A DNA stretch of 64,000 nt from Takakia lepidozioides. Its lineage: Eukaryota; Plantae; Bryophyta. Within the stretch, counting starts at the first letter, position 1; each line of letters opens with the position of its first letter. Positions 1 to 14,592 of this stretch are shown here, one piece after another. Location: contig CM060731.1 in NCBI GenBank assembly GCA_030704615.1, positions 23,064,001-23,128,000 on the forward strand, in the 5' to 3' direction. The position numbers and the translations under genes were made by a program. The notes under the pieces were generated by a model. That model did no database searches. It worked only from the letters and a program-made list of their open reading frames with translations, and had not been told where the DNA came from.

Positions 1-121
1 TCAATGAGAGGATGTGGAGAAGCAAGATCACTTCTTGGCAAGTGTGGTGGAGATCAGGCTTCGAAGGAGGTTGGCATGCTGCAGAAGTGGGAGTTTATTT
101 CGTAGTGCTCAAGTGAGGGAG

Positions 122-3100
122 ATGGCTGCAGCAAATTCTCAGAACCCTGGCGTGCGGACTCATTTTAAGACTCCCGAAGGTCGATACAATTTGTCTCATG
201 AGAAGACCCATCCAACAGGCCTTCTCCATTATAGCCTTGGCAAGGTTATCACGCAGGTACTTTCCTCTCGCCTCCCCTCCCCTGCTCTATGCTAACCACA
301 AAGCTCCATTTAACAGCCTCTCGACAACCTTTTCAAGGCTCGGATATCTTAAATAGTTGATTTTCTTAGAGACGTCTATGAGGATGTTCTAGAGGGGATG
401 GTCTTCTGTTGACCCTGGACAAAGCAATGCCCATATTTTTGGAAGGCGTGACAGGCAATTGCTGCATGAATTGCCAGAGAATTGGTAGCCAGCAATAGGT
501 TGTTGAACTATGACCCTAATCAGGGTACAACGACCTGGAGTCAAGGAGTATCTACCAATATTGGCAGTCACAGGCACGTCCTGTTGTAGTTTGGAAGTTG
601 ACATTCGCCTGTAGAAATACTGCTTCAATCTCAATTGGCGTTGTAGAAATTATACTTCGCCCTGCTTGAAGTTTTATTCCACTAGGGCTTCTTCTTTCCA
701 CCTTTGAAGTTTTTGGGAAGCTATTTTCAGGATGGCACATGACCAAGGATAATTGTGGCAGACATTCACTGGCCCCCTGTTGACTATGCAGGTGACATTG
801 GCACACCTGAAGGACAAGCCAACCCAAACACCTTCAACCAGCAGTAGCTCCAGCAGTAGTAGTGGTGTTAGGTTGACACGGCTGTTGGGGGCCGGGAATG
901 GGACAAGAGGGCTTGGTTTTGGTGGTGGCAATGGGTTCACCGGTAGGCTGAGTGGGACTAGCAAGTCAACAGCTATGGCTAGCACTGGCATGGGATTGAG
1001 CAATGGGCCCGCAGCCTCAAGTTTTGATGGAGAAGGCACCTATCTTGTTTTCAATGTGGGTGATGCGATCTTTATCAGTGACTACCATTCCCCAGACAAG
1101 GCAAGCCTTTTCATATCCATGACAACAATCTTGCATATGTACTTACTCACTTGGTGCTTATGTTACACATGAAAATTGAGGGGTAGTACAGTATTTTGTT
1201 GTCTAGCACAAGGGATGTTATTAGTTTTTTCCAAAAGCATGTTCTGTGATGAGATGAATGCCTGCAGGCAGCAATATTGCGATACTCCCCTCTGATTCTG
1301 TGGTCTTCAAGCCACAGAAAGGGTGGCGGTTCAGGTTCTTCTTGAGTATGATGCCTGGCATAAAGAAATTCCTGACAAAAGAAAAGCTGCTTCCAGTCTT
1401 GGCTTGGTTTTGCTGACGTGTATTTGGAATTTGTTTTTGGCATCATGCAGGAGCCAATAAAAGTGATTCATTTTAGTACTGCCAATCCTGTTTGTCACAC
1501 GTTTGACCCAGAAGCTAAAGATGGTCATGACCTTCTTATTGGGTTGAGCTCTGGAGATGGTGAGCCTATGAACTGCATTCCCTTGCTTTTGCTTCCTCCA
1601 TAATTCAACTGTTTAAACAAATTAGATTCCAATGTGAAGATATAGAGTTTAAAGTATGGTGTATAGTGCATTTCAGCCTCAATGGAGGCATCTGCTCGCT
1701 TTGCCTTGGGGCCTTCCATGAATGGCCCTCTGGTGCTCTTGTCTGCAGAGTATGACGACCTTAAAGACAGGTGCCAGAGCTGTTTCTCTCTGCAACAATC
1801 TTATGTTGATCAATGCATGGCTTCTTCTTCGAGTATAGAGTGTAGCATCTGCACTGATATGGTCATGGCCTACTATGGCACATCCACAAAGTACAAGACC
1901 CAGTACGTAAACATAAGAATGAGCTAGTAATCATTTGTGTATAACAGGGCAAATGATTCTCTCAGTACTTGCTAATCCTCTTAATGAACCAATCATAAGT
2001 CCATGACTTGGAGGCTAAACCCTAGCTTAGTAATCTACAACATAGACCTCTTCCTGGCAGTAACAGAACTCTGAGAGCACATGCATTTGTTGGTGTTGGA
2101 TTCTCCCAATCAGATAAAGATGGGAGAGTAGGTTTGCCTTCTGATTTTATCTGAGTACGTGTAGTTGCAAGGAAGTGAGGGCACATGTATTAACATTAGT
2201 TGCTCTGGTTGCTGCACGGGGCGTGAATGGGCAGTCTATTCTGCATCCCTCAGACAACAGTTGCAGGACTCAGGGAAGAAGTTGGTGGGTGCTATGCACT
2301 ATAACAAAGATGGTTCTATCAACAGCAGGTGTGGTCTCTCCCTCAATATCAGTGCAAGCAGTTCAGTGTGCAAAATTTGTACACGTATACCATAATTGAG
2401 GAGTATGATGGTGTGGGGATTGGCTGTCAATCCATGCCTCGGGCGTATCATGATGTCAATGTTGGGTCAGGCTCATAAATAGCAGAGTATTTGGTACCAT
2501 CTGAAAGCTACATGGAGTTCTCACCGGAGCCCCGGTCTCGGTGTAGTACCAAGCTTGGCTATATATAGGCTTCTTTGAAGCATGTGTAGGCGAGAGTTTA
2601 ATCATATGGTAAGGAGTTTGAGGTAGAGCCGATGACTGTGGGAAGAAGGCCAAACCCCGCCTGAATAGGTATGGGATGGTGATCTACTATGTCAAGTGGT
2701 CATACTTCATCACGCTTCAGAGGTAGCTCCAGATGATTTCTGGTGAAAGGCAAGCCTGAGGATCCCAGTTTGGCTCAGGTAGCTGTTCTTTTTGTGTGAG
2801 TATATGCAGGCTCTTACCAGTGTGCTGGCAAGGCAGGGCAGAGGTAGTGCATGGCATGACTGTAGGAGTCTGTCATGCAGTATTGGAGATAGGTCCAGAT
2901 GAGTACCAACCAATGTTGTGTTTCCTTGTATTAGTCTCTCTCGAAGCAATAAGGCTACGGCAAACAGTCTTATGAGTACATTCTCTCACAGCATTAAATG
3001 GTAATTCAATGTCTGAAAAATCCTTGCAGAGAGCCTCCATAGAATTTCTACACTTTGCTCCCTCACCCATTAGGTCAGGTTGACACGTACTCCAGCCTTC

Positions 3101-6100
3101 GCTCATGGACTAAGACTAGGTGCAGTACGTTAGTCCGGTTCTCTCTCTGTCTCTCTCTCCAACTTCGAAATTCTGGAGGCTGGGTCTAAAGCCCTGACCC
3201 TGTTGTGGTCTAATTGCTGGGCAACCCACATACAGAAGATTGATGCTTGTGTGAAGAACTTTCTATGGGATATGGGGAAAGCTCGAACTAGTTGCTTATA
3301 CCAAGGTAAGTCCCACTACTGGAGTGAGCCCCTTGCGAAGGTAGTGTTTGTTCCCTTTTGTTCTGCCCAAACTGGGCGCAGGGTCTATGGCCACAAGGCT
3401 ACAGCAAACAAGTACATTCTCTCTCTTGAGCTTGAACTCAAATGTTGGGTAACGACCCCTGGGGGTGATCAATAGAGAGGCACTTGTACCTGACCACCCA
3501 CTGTGAATCCTGTAGGTCCAGTGGTGCAAGTGGATTGTTTGTTTAGGAGTAGGGGGTTGCGGAGCTGAAGAGTCTCTATCTGTTCCCCAAGGGGAAGGAA
3601 TTGTATCTTGTGGTATTTGAGGTTGGCAGAGCAACTACAGACCCTTGGCTAGGCTGATGCATAGTATGGTTATATGTAATTCGTAATAGATGCTTTGGTT
3701 GTGTCACAACATGACAAAAAGGTTCAGTCTGCCCCACCCTAAAGTCCAAAAACTTAATACTGATGCGATCTTTGGGTGGTTGTGCAGCCGGTGTACTGCA
3801 ATTGCACGGGTGCCACATGTGGAAGGTCGATTTGTTGCAGCGCATGCTGATGGCAATCTCTTCATTTATGACAAGGTGAATTATATATTACCAGCTTCAA
3901 TTTTTGCTTGGGACTTCACAGGTTGCTAGTACTGGTCTATGTGATTTCTGCAAGTTTGTTCTGGACTTTAAAAAACCTCTACTGCACCCATCCACCTTTA
4001 AAAAACCTTTACTGCACCCATCCACCGCCCGCACCCAATTCTTTTGGCTGCATCCATTTGAAGATGTTGGTTGACACAATCTCATTCAATTTGGGCTCGA
4101 TGCAATCAGCCATGGATAACCTTGACAGAACTAGTGATGGTGAGATTTTTGAAGTGAGGAACCATGTCACATCTAAGCAAGAAATTAGAAGCTCACAGTT
4201 TCTGTATCCTAATACGATCCAAAGGAAATGAGATAATACAGTCTGTACAGAGGGACATGAAAAGTGGGAGAAAGAGCAACTGACTGTGAAAGCTATGTGG
4301 CAGAGCAAAGATGGGAGTGGGGACGTACCATTTCCACCTGTGAAAGATTCCGCCCAGTTCTCTGTTGCACATGCCAGGTCTAGCAAGGTACAGCAAGGCC
4401 TATGAAGGTCTAGCAAAGTTCTCCTTCCAGTTATTCAAGTTTTGATTAATTGCTTGGACTGTGCCTATCTCACTAAGTGTTGTTACCCTCGTGCTTATGT
4501 CTGAAGACATTCTGAGACTTTGGATGACCATGTATTGATTAGCAGTCTGAAGCAAGTGTGGCCTGTTCTCCCTAGTTGTGAGGTTCCGATAGGATCTGCA
4601 TGGGGTTCGCAGTTCTACATAGGCAATGTGGTCCTTGAGGAATACGTGTTGAATCCCTGTTGCTCAATTCATTAGTCTTCAATTCAATTTCTGGTGAAAG
4701 TAAGAGGGATACATGAATCTCTGGTTTTGGTGTCTTCGGCGGTGTTATTTTTGCATGAGAGTTTGCCCTCTAGAGGGTACTTCTGGCATGCTCTTTTTTC
4801 ATTCAGGCAAGTTATTCTGGTTGAGTAGGTTGTGTTCTTTGCGAGGGCCTTCCCAACAGAAGCATAGCCCTTGGGTGTAAGTTTCAGTCTCATTTTCGTC
4901 CAAAAGTAGATTTGCTCAGATATCAGGCTGACAGCAGTCCATGGTTGCAACATGGGGTCCTGCTGTGTTTCATACAAGTTGTCTGCTGATATGCCTGTGA
5001 CCATGTATACCTAGAAATAGATATGATTTTGTTCTGAATGGGACGCAATGATCATGCAGAGCAATCCAATTGCAAGATGGCATGTTTGCCAGGGCTCTGT
5101 CAATGGCCTTGCCTTTTCCATGGATGGCGCATATCTGGCAACTGTTGGCCGGGATGGTATGTCAACTGCAGTACTTTCCCTTCCAAGATCCTAGAACATT
5201 TCCACAAAGCCTATATGTCAATTGCTGTTCTTCTTCCATCAGTTTGAAACCTGCTAAGCGCATGTGAGTATTTGTGAGTACAGCTAATCTATGAGGTTAG
5301 CGAACTAAGGGGAGCCACAAGATATCTGCAATCCAAATGTCTTTCTGATACTATTTTAATTGGGCTCACATGCACTCACGTTATTTATCATCTGACTGCA
5401 CTGCTAGGCAACTGATTGTGGGTATCAATTGGCTTTATGTAGCCATGCACCTTGAGTCAAAGCTATTGGCGTCTTTTGGAAAAGGGCCTGAATGTGTGCC
5501 AAGTTAACGAGGAAGTGTTATACTGATTGAATAAAAGATTGCCAGCTTAAACCTACGTGTGTTTGAAGGTATGTTTATGGTGGGTTTGACAGGCTACTTG
5601 AGAGTGTTTGATTTTGGAAGGGACTTGTTGGTGTGTGGCTGCAAAAGCTACTTCGGTGCTCTGCTCTGCTGTGCATGGAGGTACTTACTTTGCTCAAAAC
5701 ATCTACAAGTCCCTGGATGGGCTATGCTCAAAACACAAACAAATGATGATTTGGAACATCTTGAAATAGAGATTGATCAGGTCTGATCAGGTTTGGAATG
5801 TCAAAGGCTAAGAGCCAGGTGGTGGCTAGCCTTCTAGGGATAGGGTACGGAAGTCAAGGAATGTAGGTCCTGCAAACAACATCCTGGGTTATAGGGGCCA
5901 GCAGGACATGTAAATGCTTAGTTTCTGATTGACTCGCTGTCAAAAGTCTGCCTTCCATACACCTCAGCAGTGCTTGGCCAGGAACTTCCTTTTTCTAAGA
6001 ATACTCTAACTCTTAAGAGAGAGCCTTAGGGTTAAATGTTTTGGCAAACTGAATGGTTAGTTCTGGAGCAAGTCGCAGCGTTGTACTATGCAAGTGATGG

Positions 6101-7642
6101 GAAACGTCATGCATCTCCCTGATGGATATGGGTTGCTGCTCCATATGGAGCCAGCAATATCGAGACAGAACATTTAAACCCAGTACAACTTCAGCATACA
6201 TGAATGATTTGATTGGCCAGTTGCTTAGGCTAAGCTAAGATCTGACAGCAGAGGACTGACTTACTGTGGGGTTGCTATGTGTCAGTATGGATGGAAAGTA
6301 CGTATTGACAGGAGGGGAAGACGATCTGGTGCAAGTATGGAGCATGGAGGACCAAGCTGTGGTTGCTTGGGGGGAGGGCCACAACTCGTGGGTAGGTGTC
6401 AGCCTTTTCTGCTGATTTGGGCAGCTTGATGTTACATTGTTTTGGTCCTGCTCGAAATATGGGTGTGAAGAGCTCAGTGAATAGAAATTTCCTATTTAGG
6501 TCATTGTTTCTTTATCTGTAGGTGTTGTGTTTCCTCAATGGGGGTCTGGCATTGGCAGAGATGTATCTGAAAGTTGTCATTTGTCTACGTTTAATAACTG
6601 AGACTTCAAGCTCTTCAGTGCTGTGGATTTCACTGCAGTATCCATTTCTTTGTTTACACCATAAGGTCAAAGATTGTATTTGATGCTCACTGGATGTGGT
6701 GACAGGTGAGCGGGGTTGCCTTCGACCCTTATTGGTGTGCGCCATCCTCTGATGCTGGGACTGGTGACATTGCCACTTACCGATTTGGCTCTGTTGGGCA
6801 GGTAATGAAATTGTTTCTGCAGTAGCTGTATATTGAAAAATTGTCGATGTTACCAGCCAGACTTCCAAAGGGTGTCCCTCACAAGGTGGCCTCATTTATC
6901 TTGTATTATGGTTGCTGTTTTCCAATGTAGCGATACAGCTCCAATGTGGCACCTGTCAGGCTCCAGAAATTGGTGTTTAAGCATAGAAAGAGGACTTGTA
7001 TATGTACATCTGGACATCTATGGGTCTAAGCTTGGGGAATCAATGTGGCAATGTTTCTTAAAATGAGGTTTAAGAAGTGCTGTATTGCAAAAATAGTCAA
7101 GTGAAGTCAAGGAGAGCAGCTGGATATCCTCCAGCTCACTGTATTATCATTTACATCTTTTATCACAGATCTATGTGTCACTGTAATTTGACCAGCTTTT
7201 GACATGGTTGCTGGTACTCTCATCACAGGACACACAATTGCTGTTATGGGATCTGGCGATGGATGAGGTCGTAATGCCTTTGCGGCGCCTGGGACCATCT
7301 GGGGCATCCCCTTCCTTCAGTGCTGGGACCAACCAGTCAGCCCTGTGGGATGGTACAGTCCCTACAGTGGGAGCCTTGCACCCGGCCCCCATCCGAAAAG
7401 AGGTGCCTAAACTGGCACCAATTATGGCACATCGAGTCCATGCGGAGCCCCTTTCAGGGCTTCTCTTCACTAAGGATGCGATTGTAACAGCCTGCCATGA
7501 GGGCCATGTGAAAATTTGGGATAGGCCAGGGCATGGGGATAGTGCAGTAGCCAGCCATACGGCAGAGCTCGCCACTGTAGCAGGCCCTAAAGACAAGCTA
7601 CTGGCATTGGGGAAGGGCGGGTTGTCTCATTACAGGCAATGA
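122..7642 (+). CDS. WD40-repeat protein, WDR20/DMWD/CreC family (11 exons)
   Basis: Exons join in frame: 122-256, 792-1100, 1451-1559, 2235-2328, 3788-3875, 4304-4387, 5060-5156, 5593-5680, 6286-6391, 6706-6801, 7229-7642. Motifs FKTPEGRY, YLVFNVGD, YFGALLCCAWSMDGKYVLTGGEDDLVQVW, GHNSWVSGVAFDPYW and RFGSVGQDTQLLLWDL are characteristic of this family. Intron 2 has a GC donor. Confidence 0.9.
3966..4026. repeat. 30-bp tandem duplication in intron 5 of the WD40 gene
   Basis: tttaaaaaacct(c/t)tactgcacccatccacc occurs twice head-to-tail. Confidence 0.8.
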
Positions 7643-8163
7643 TGAATTTGTTTGGTCCTTTCATGTGGTGTCAGCTTCCGCTCCAGACAGCAGTGCATTC
7701 TCGTCTCTTGTTCTCCATGGGCGCCCTCGAGAGTAGCCCTTCCTAGTGTAGGATACAGGGGGATGAAGGGAAAAGGATCATGCCCCAGGTTTTAACCAAG
7801 CCTTGGATCTGACCCTTGTTGTGTCTGCTTGGCCAGCTTGTAATTAAATTGATATATTGACCTGCAGACATAGGGAATGTCTATCATCTTCGTTGAAGAG
7901 GATGTGTGCCCAACATTTCTTTTGGGTTTCTATGGTGTGGATCCCATTTGGTCATTACCTGTGAGGTCCACACAATGATACTTCAGGGACAGAATGATAC
8001 TACTTCTGATGTTATATGGTCAAGTCTCTAAGGAGCTTTGTTGCACATGGTATCTTGGATCGCTTTGCAGATTTTTGCCTCACCACATTGGAAGTTAATT
8101 GATGAGGAAATGGCTCATGATCTTACTAGCCATTCACCCAATGGCATAATACTACTTCACTAG

Positions 8164-8190
8164 TGGCTGTGGCTGTGGCTGTGGCTGTGG
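8164..8190. repeat. (TGGCTG)n microsatellite
   Basis: tggctgtggctgtggctgtggctgtgg read directly. Confidence 0.85.
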
Positions 8191-9528
8191 GTTCAACCCC
8201 ATGTGTGTGCCCAATGTCATAATGGGTATTCAAGCATGGGCTGCACTGGTGGCCCTTGGGGTCAAGAGACACTATAAGTTATGCTTGCTTCAACAAAGAG
8301 TCCACATTTTTTTTATGATCAGATTTGAAGAGTGGATCTGTCTTTGCTTTCCTTCCTAGATTTGAAGAGGTACTTTGTAGTAAAGCAGAACTAATACTCA
8401 GAATTAGAGATTTGAAGAGATACTTAGTACCGCCAGGGAGCAGGTCAAAATAAACGGAAAACCTCAGTATCTTTCCTTTGGTGTCCAACCGTGCTCTTCC
8501 GTCCTGTGTGTCTACTTGTTGAGCCATTGAACAAGGCGAGGATAAGGATCAGCGCGTGGCCGAGTCACTCCAATCAAAGTTATTGAGGTACCTAGGATGC
8601 GATACTACGATCAGCCCCTCCGTAATTGTAATATGAGTCATCTCTTCTTTCATGTGGAAGATCAGGCTTCGCACTTCACATTGTATGTTGATGATTTAGT
8701 CTGGATTTGTAGCATGTAGAGAATCGACGACACCAGAGAGCTTGTGCGAATCGCGACTTTGTGCAAACTCGTGTTTCTCCCCGTAGTAACGTCAAACTTG
8801 AGAACATGGATTTCATCTCTCCCCCAAGGTGAACTTGTTCTGAACAATTTTGTAAAATCAGGATAATGTTACAATCTATAATTGCATTTGCACAGAATCG
8901 TCTCGCTCAAGTAGTACAATAATAGATCTGGACTGTGAAGAAGATCGAGAAAGAAGAAGAAAAGAAACACACTGGGGGAACGTTCAATGGTGTGCTTATT
9001 ATCATTTGGACATGGTGAAAGCGGAGTGGTAGAAGGCTATGGAGGAGCTTTCTACATGGAGAGAGACACAAGATTAATGCAGATGTTTTCTTCATGGATT
9101 TGACAAGTGAGTCAAAGTTGATGCATCAGCAACTCTCCACTATCTTGAGCGTGATGAGACAGTTTGTGAAGTTCACACTGAGAAATGTGTTCCAACCTCC
9201 AAAAATTGGACGGTCTTCCAAACCACAAGGGGTTTTTTCTTGGTCTAATCAAGGCCACCTAGATGCCACTAGTTCATTCTGGTGTAGTCCACAGTGTAAA
9301 GCCAAATCGGCGAGAAAAAGCCCTTGGCGAATGTGAATGCTCCATTCTTGGTCTTGGTGCAAATCGCCCCCAGTGATTTATTTCTTTTTATTCTTGGACT
9401 CACTGCCATGTCACAATTAATGAAGAAACCGTTGTTCGGATTCAGCTGCAGAGACGAAGAGTGTTGAGAGAGAAACAGAAGGACAACAAAATCGAAATCT
9501 GAAGACCGGGCAGCAATTTGGAGGGGTA

Positions 9529-12500
9529 ATGACGAACCTAGATATCCAAGGTATACTTGGAAGTGGGAATGATGAGACTCGCCGGCGGATATCAAAGACA
9601 AAGATCATATGTACACTGGGCCCAAAGTCTCGGGATGTGCCTATACTGGAGAAGTTGTTGAAGGCAGGAATGAACGTCGCACGCTTTAATTTCTCGCATG
9701 GAACATATGAGTATCATCAAGGAACGCTTGACAATCTGAAACAGGCCATGTACAGTACTCAAATAATGTGTGGGGTCTTGCTGGACACCAAGGTACCCTC
9801 TGTCTGCTTGATTTCTTGTGTTCTGTGGTTCCACTTGATTTCTCGGCTGTGCTCTCATTCGTGCTCTTAGGTTGAGCTTCACGTGATCGCCACACAGAAG
9901 TCTTTCAGTACAATAAGCCCAACAGGAAGTCCTACAATTACTGTTGGAGATGTTATTCGACTACTACCAGAGAGAGCACCAACCACCTAGACAAGAAGCT
10001 GCCTCTTCTGTGCATTGGAGTTGATCCAAGAGATAATATTCATGTTCAGTATCTAGACAAGGTTTCCATTTTCTAGCGTTGCCTAAATCTCCAGGTTGTA
10101 AACTTATTTGATGAACAAGATGGGGAAAAGAAGTCTAATTCCCAGAGGACAATTTCTCACAGTCACCTTCAGCGTCGCGATGCGTCAGCTCGATCTATCT
10201 GACTCGGACACAATTGCTGCCCTTCTCCAGGCTTCATTACTCATTAGATAAACCTTTTTGCTGCTGGCACAGAGGTGGTATGGATGTGTGTGCATATCAT
10301 ACACACTTCAGTAGGAGGGCAGAACACTACGTCTGCAGTCTGAGACCTTTCAGCTCCTGTTAGATCTTGTCAACAGTTATGCCTGCGGATCATGGTCGCA
10401 GGCAGAGAGGTAATAGGCACTCGTTGCCTCATTGTCAGGCCGTAATTCCTTTCTGATGAACTATACATGGTTCGCGACCTCTTTGCTCTACTTTTAATAT
10501 TCCTCTTGCTCATTCGTTGGAAGGTGCTGTGAATCGCTGAAGGTCAATCTTCCTTTCCTTTCCTGTGGCTCCCTGCCCTGTCGTTAAATAGTTTCATTAT
10601 CTAGAGTGATTAATTGCAATGTACTAGTGTTACTAGAGTCTCATCTTCGTTTCCGTCAAAATGTATAGAACCTCAGATTCCACAGTACATAGAATTAAGT
10701 TATTCACCTTCAACTTGGGCGAATTCATTTCTGGCAGGGTCCAGAGATTCGGACAGGGGCGTTGAAGGATGGAAAGTCTGTGAAGCTGATTCGAAACAAG
10801 GAACTGACGATTACAACTGACTACAACCATGTTGGTGATGAAAACATGATAGCCATGAGCTACGAGAAACTTGCAGTGGATCTGAAGCCTGGCAACATGA
10901 TTCTGTGCTCGGATGGAACCATCTCCCTTACAGTCCTGGAATGCAACACCGGCTCAGGGACAGTAAAATGTCGGTGTGAGAATTCGGCCAGCCTAGGAGA
11001 GAGAAAGAATGTCAATTTGCCGGGGATTGTGGTCGATCTGCCCACCTTTACTCCGAGGGACATTGAGGATATCACTATTTGGGGAGTTGCTAATCGAATT
11101 GATTTCATTGCAGCTTCCTTTGTCCGGAAAGGCTCTGACGTTATAAACATCAAGAAATTGCTTGGTCCTGCTTCTAAGAGCATTCAAATCATCTCCAAGG
11201 TACATTAACATGATAGATTTAGGCAATGTAATTTGTGGTATTTTGAGTCAGGGCGCAGTTTGGTTGCTAAGTACACGGTCTCCAGCTGGCAAACTTTTGA
11301 CTGCCTGGAGACTAGCTACTGTTTGCAGGGACGAACATCTAATTTAGTTTGCCTGGCAAGGCCCGACGGCGACTATCTGAATCTAGGCAATTGCCGCTCA
11401 CCGCAAGAACTGAGCGACTAGCCTTGTGATATTTATGGCATATACATCACTAGCTAGTGCGCTTCAGAAATGTCCACTTCTGAATCTTTCGCACTTCAAA
11501 GATATAAACATTTCTTTGTGGAGCAGTTCTCGGAGGACTCCTTGAAGCTGTCCTCATCAGAACCGTGCAATGGCCGCATTGAAGTTCAGATGAGATCGTT
11601 ATTGCAGATAAATCTATTAAAACTTAGATTGCTTCACATTGTCAGAGCACTTAGCTGACCTCACTTCAATCGGTTTCTACTGAAGAACAAAATGTGTAAT
11701 ATTATTTTCCCCATGCTACTCTTCCAATTCAATCGAACATAGTGAAAGGGATGATGCTTGCGTGAACATTTCTTCTCAAAAATATGACTAGGGCAGGTCG
11801 AGATTTCCCAGTGGACCTACGACAAATGGGAATAAAAAAGCTCCGCAGGCCCATCCTGCAGCTTATCCGAAGGCCTGCTGGAAAGGCAGGAATTGCAACA
11901 GTAAGGGCTGGACTACAGGTAAGAATCACACAGAAGAACTTAAACAACCGTAGACATTCGGGACCTTATGTTTCTTAAAGTGCAAAGCTGTGTGTGTTGT
12001 AGGTCGAGAACCAGGAGGGGCTTGTCAACTTTGATGACATCTTAAGGGAAACAGATGCTATCATGGTAGCGAGAGGTGATTTGGGTATGGAGATTCCAAC
12101 TGAGAAAATCTTCCTTGCTCAGAAGATGATGATTTACAAGTGTAACGCGGCTGGAAAACCTGTGGTCACCGCAACTCAGATGCTGGAGTCCATGATCAAG
12201 TCCCCACGGCCGACCCGTGCTGAAGCCACCGATGTGGCAAACGCTGTCCTGGATGGGACGGATTGCGTTATGCTCAGTGGAGAAACGGCAAATGGGATAA
12301 ATCCAGAAGTTGCAGTGAAGATTATGTCGCGTATATGCCAGGAGGCCGAGGCCTCTCTGGACTATGGAGCCATATTCAAGGAGTTAATGAAAAAGGTTCC
12401 CTTGCCCATGAGCACCTTGGAGAGTTTGGCATCATCGGCTGTCCGAACGGCTAACAAATGCCGGGCAGCCCTGATTGTCGTACTTACTCGGGGAGGCAGC

Positions 12501-13163
12501 ACTGCGAGGCTGGTGGCCAAGTACCGGCCCTCTGTTCCCATCCTCTCGGTTGCAGTTCCAGTCATGACCACCGATAATCTGACCTGGCAATGCAGCGAGG
12601 AGTCCCCTGCCCGACACAGCCTCATTTGCAGGTGGTACCTTTTACCAACTAAATCAGTTCACAACAGCTTGAAAGCTGTTATGCTCAACTGGACATTTCC
12701 AAAAGAACCTTTAGATCTGTGGTATGCTTGAAGGATTACTGGAGTTTGATCCCACTGCTAGCAAAAGGGTCAGCAAAGATTTAATATGATAAATTCCTAG
12801 TTCAGCTCGAGTGCCATAATCAATGTTGCCCAAAGGATGCTTTGGTAGCCCTCCATGGCATTCGACAAGTCGTGGGCGTGAAAGATCATGTAAGAGATAA
12901 GCAGGATCTCTGATTTCTCTCATTGTATTATTAACTTGTTGAGTTCTCAAAAGCAGACCTTTTTTGGCAGGGGTTTGATCCCACTCCTGGCTGAAGGATC
13001 GGTAAAGGCAACAGATTCTGACACAACAGATGAGACACTCAATGCAGCTCTTGAATATGCAGTGAGCCGGAATCTATGCAATCCAGGTGATGCAGTTGTG
13101 GCCCTCCATCGCATTGGAGCTGCGTCTGTCATCAAGATCATGGAAGTGAAAGATATCTATTGA
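9529..13163 (+). CDS. cytosolic pyruvate kinase (4 exons)
   Basis: Exons 9529-9792, 10738-11199, 12003-12631, 12971-13163. Motifs [75 protein letters not shown]. No N-terminal transit peptide. Confidence 0.95.
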
Positions 13164-14592
13164 ATGTAATCATGACATTGAAGCTGCAGGATTTTAGAGA
13201 TATTGAGAATGTTAGATTTGCCAATCTCACTTTGCGTTTATATGCTGGAATGGTGGATGTGTACATGGCATCATCACAATTGGCCCTGATTTATAAAATC
13301 ATGCAAATGGTGAGGACGGAGAGAGGCTGTTTGAGCTAAGATACCACAAGATAGCTAAACCAAGAACCCAGTAAAAATGGTTACCATTGTAACCAGACCC
13401 TCCTGAACTCCAAGTTACTCCCCAACCCCCTGATTCTTTCCTGGACACAAGGTCGAGATATATTGCTCCCATGGTGGCTGTGGTTGTTGGCCCAGTGTCT
13501 TCCATCAGCCGCTGGTTCACCACTCAGATGGCAGGATACTCCCTCCCATGGACCCCATCAGCGAAAAATTGGGATTAACGAGCATTGCCATACATATTCA
13601 ATACTGGTTATTTCTTGCTGACAGTGGTCTAATAACGAAGTCGACAAGGGACTCAGCAACCGCCATGTTCAGCCATTGCCTGCATCACAAAACAGCCACA
13701 CAAGTTAGAGAGCCACTCCACAACTAGCAAAGAGTGTGTTGTCACATATGCACTAACAAATCAATAAAAGGCTTAAGCTGAGCGTGGAGATTGTTGCAGC
13801 TGTCTTCAGCATGTGTTTGCTGACATCACTCCATGTGACCTTGCCAGGAAAACCCTTGGTCATGGTTCTTTCATGCAGAGGGTTTAGATTAAACGACTTC
13901 TCCAAGAATTGTACCAACCAGATGACTCATAGAGTTCATCGGAGGGTTCATGGGATAAAAGGGAAAAACCTCGGCCAAAGATATTGCACAATTGCTGTTT
14001 TAGCTAAGGGCAGTACACTAGGCGATGTTTCTCCAATAAGAACTGCTCTCTCTCTCTCTGCTCTCTTCATCTTTCTGTGCATCCTGCCTCCCTCTAGTAT
14101 ATATTCTTGAGCAATGATCTGACAAAAATAATCTTGATGACGACTGAACAAAGGCACAATGCCAGAGAGACTGCCAGAGACTAAGAGAGCATATGAGGGA
14201 AGTCATACCATCTAACTTATGTTTGTGCAAATGGTGATGATGAAAAGTGAGCCCATTTGCACTAAGGGACGACAAGACCACAAAATCTGGAAAATGGCCA
14301 CCATTGCTACCCAGACTCTTAGTGCATGTTAACAACAAGTACGTGTTGCAGACCAATTCTGTACCTGGGAGGCTGGAGAGGAGAAGGGTACCAGAAGACA
14401 CTAACCAGGAGAGAGGAGCATGCCATGCTCGGGTCAAGGAAGCACTCAATGTTTGCACTCCACAGCTGGAGTTGTTGCTTCCAGCCACAAACAGAATTTT
14501 GATGAAGTCGTTACCGGTGGTTAACATTCGAGGCCTTAATTTCGACATCTTTTCAGGGCTGAACTCCACATAACTAAGAAAATCTTCCATAG

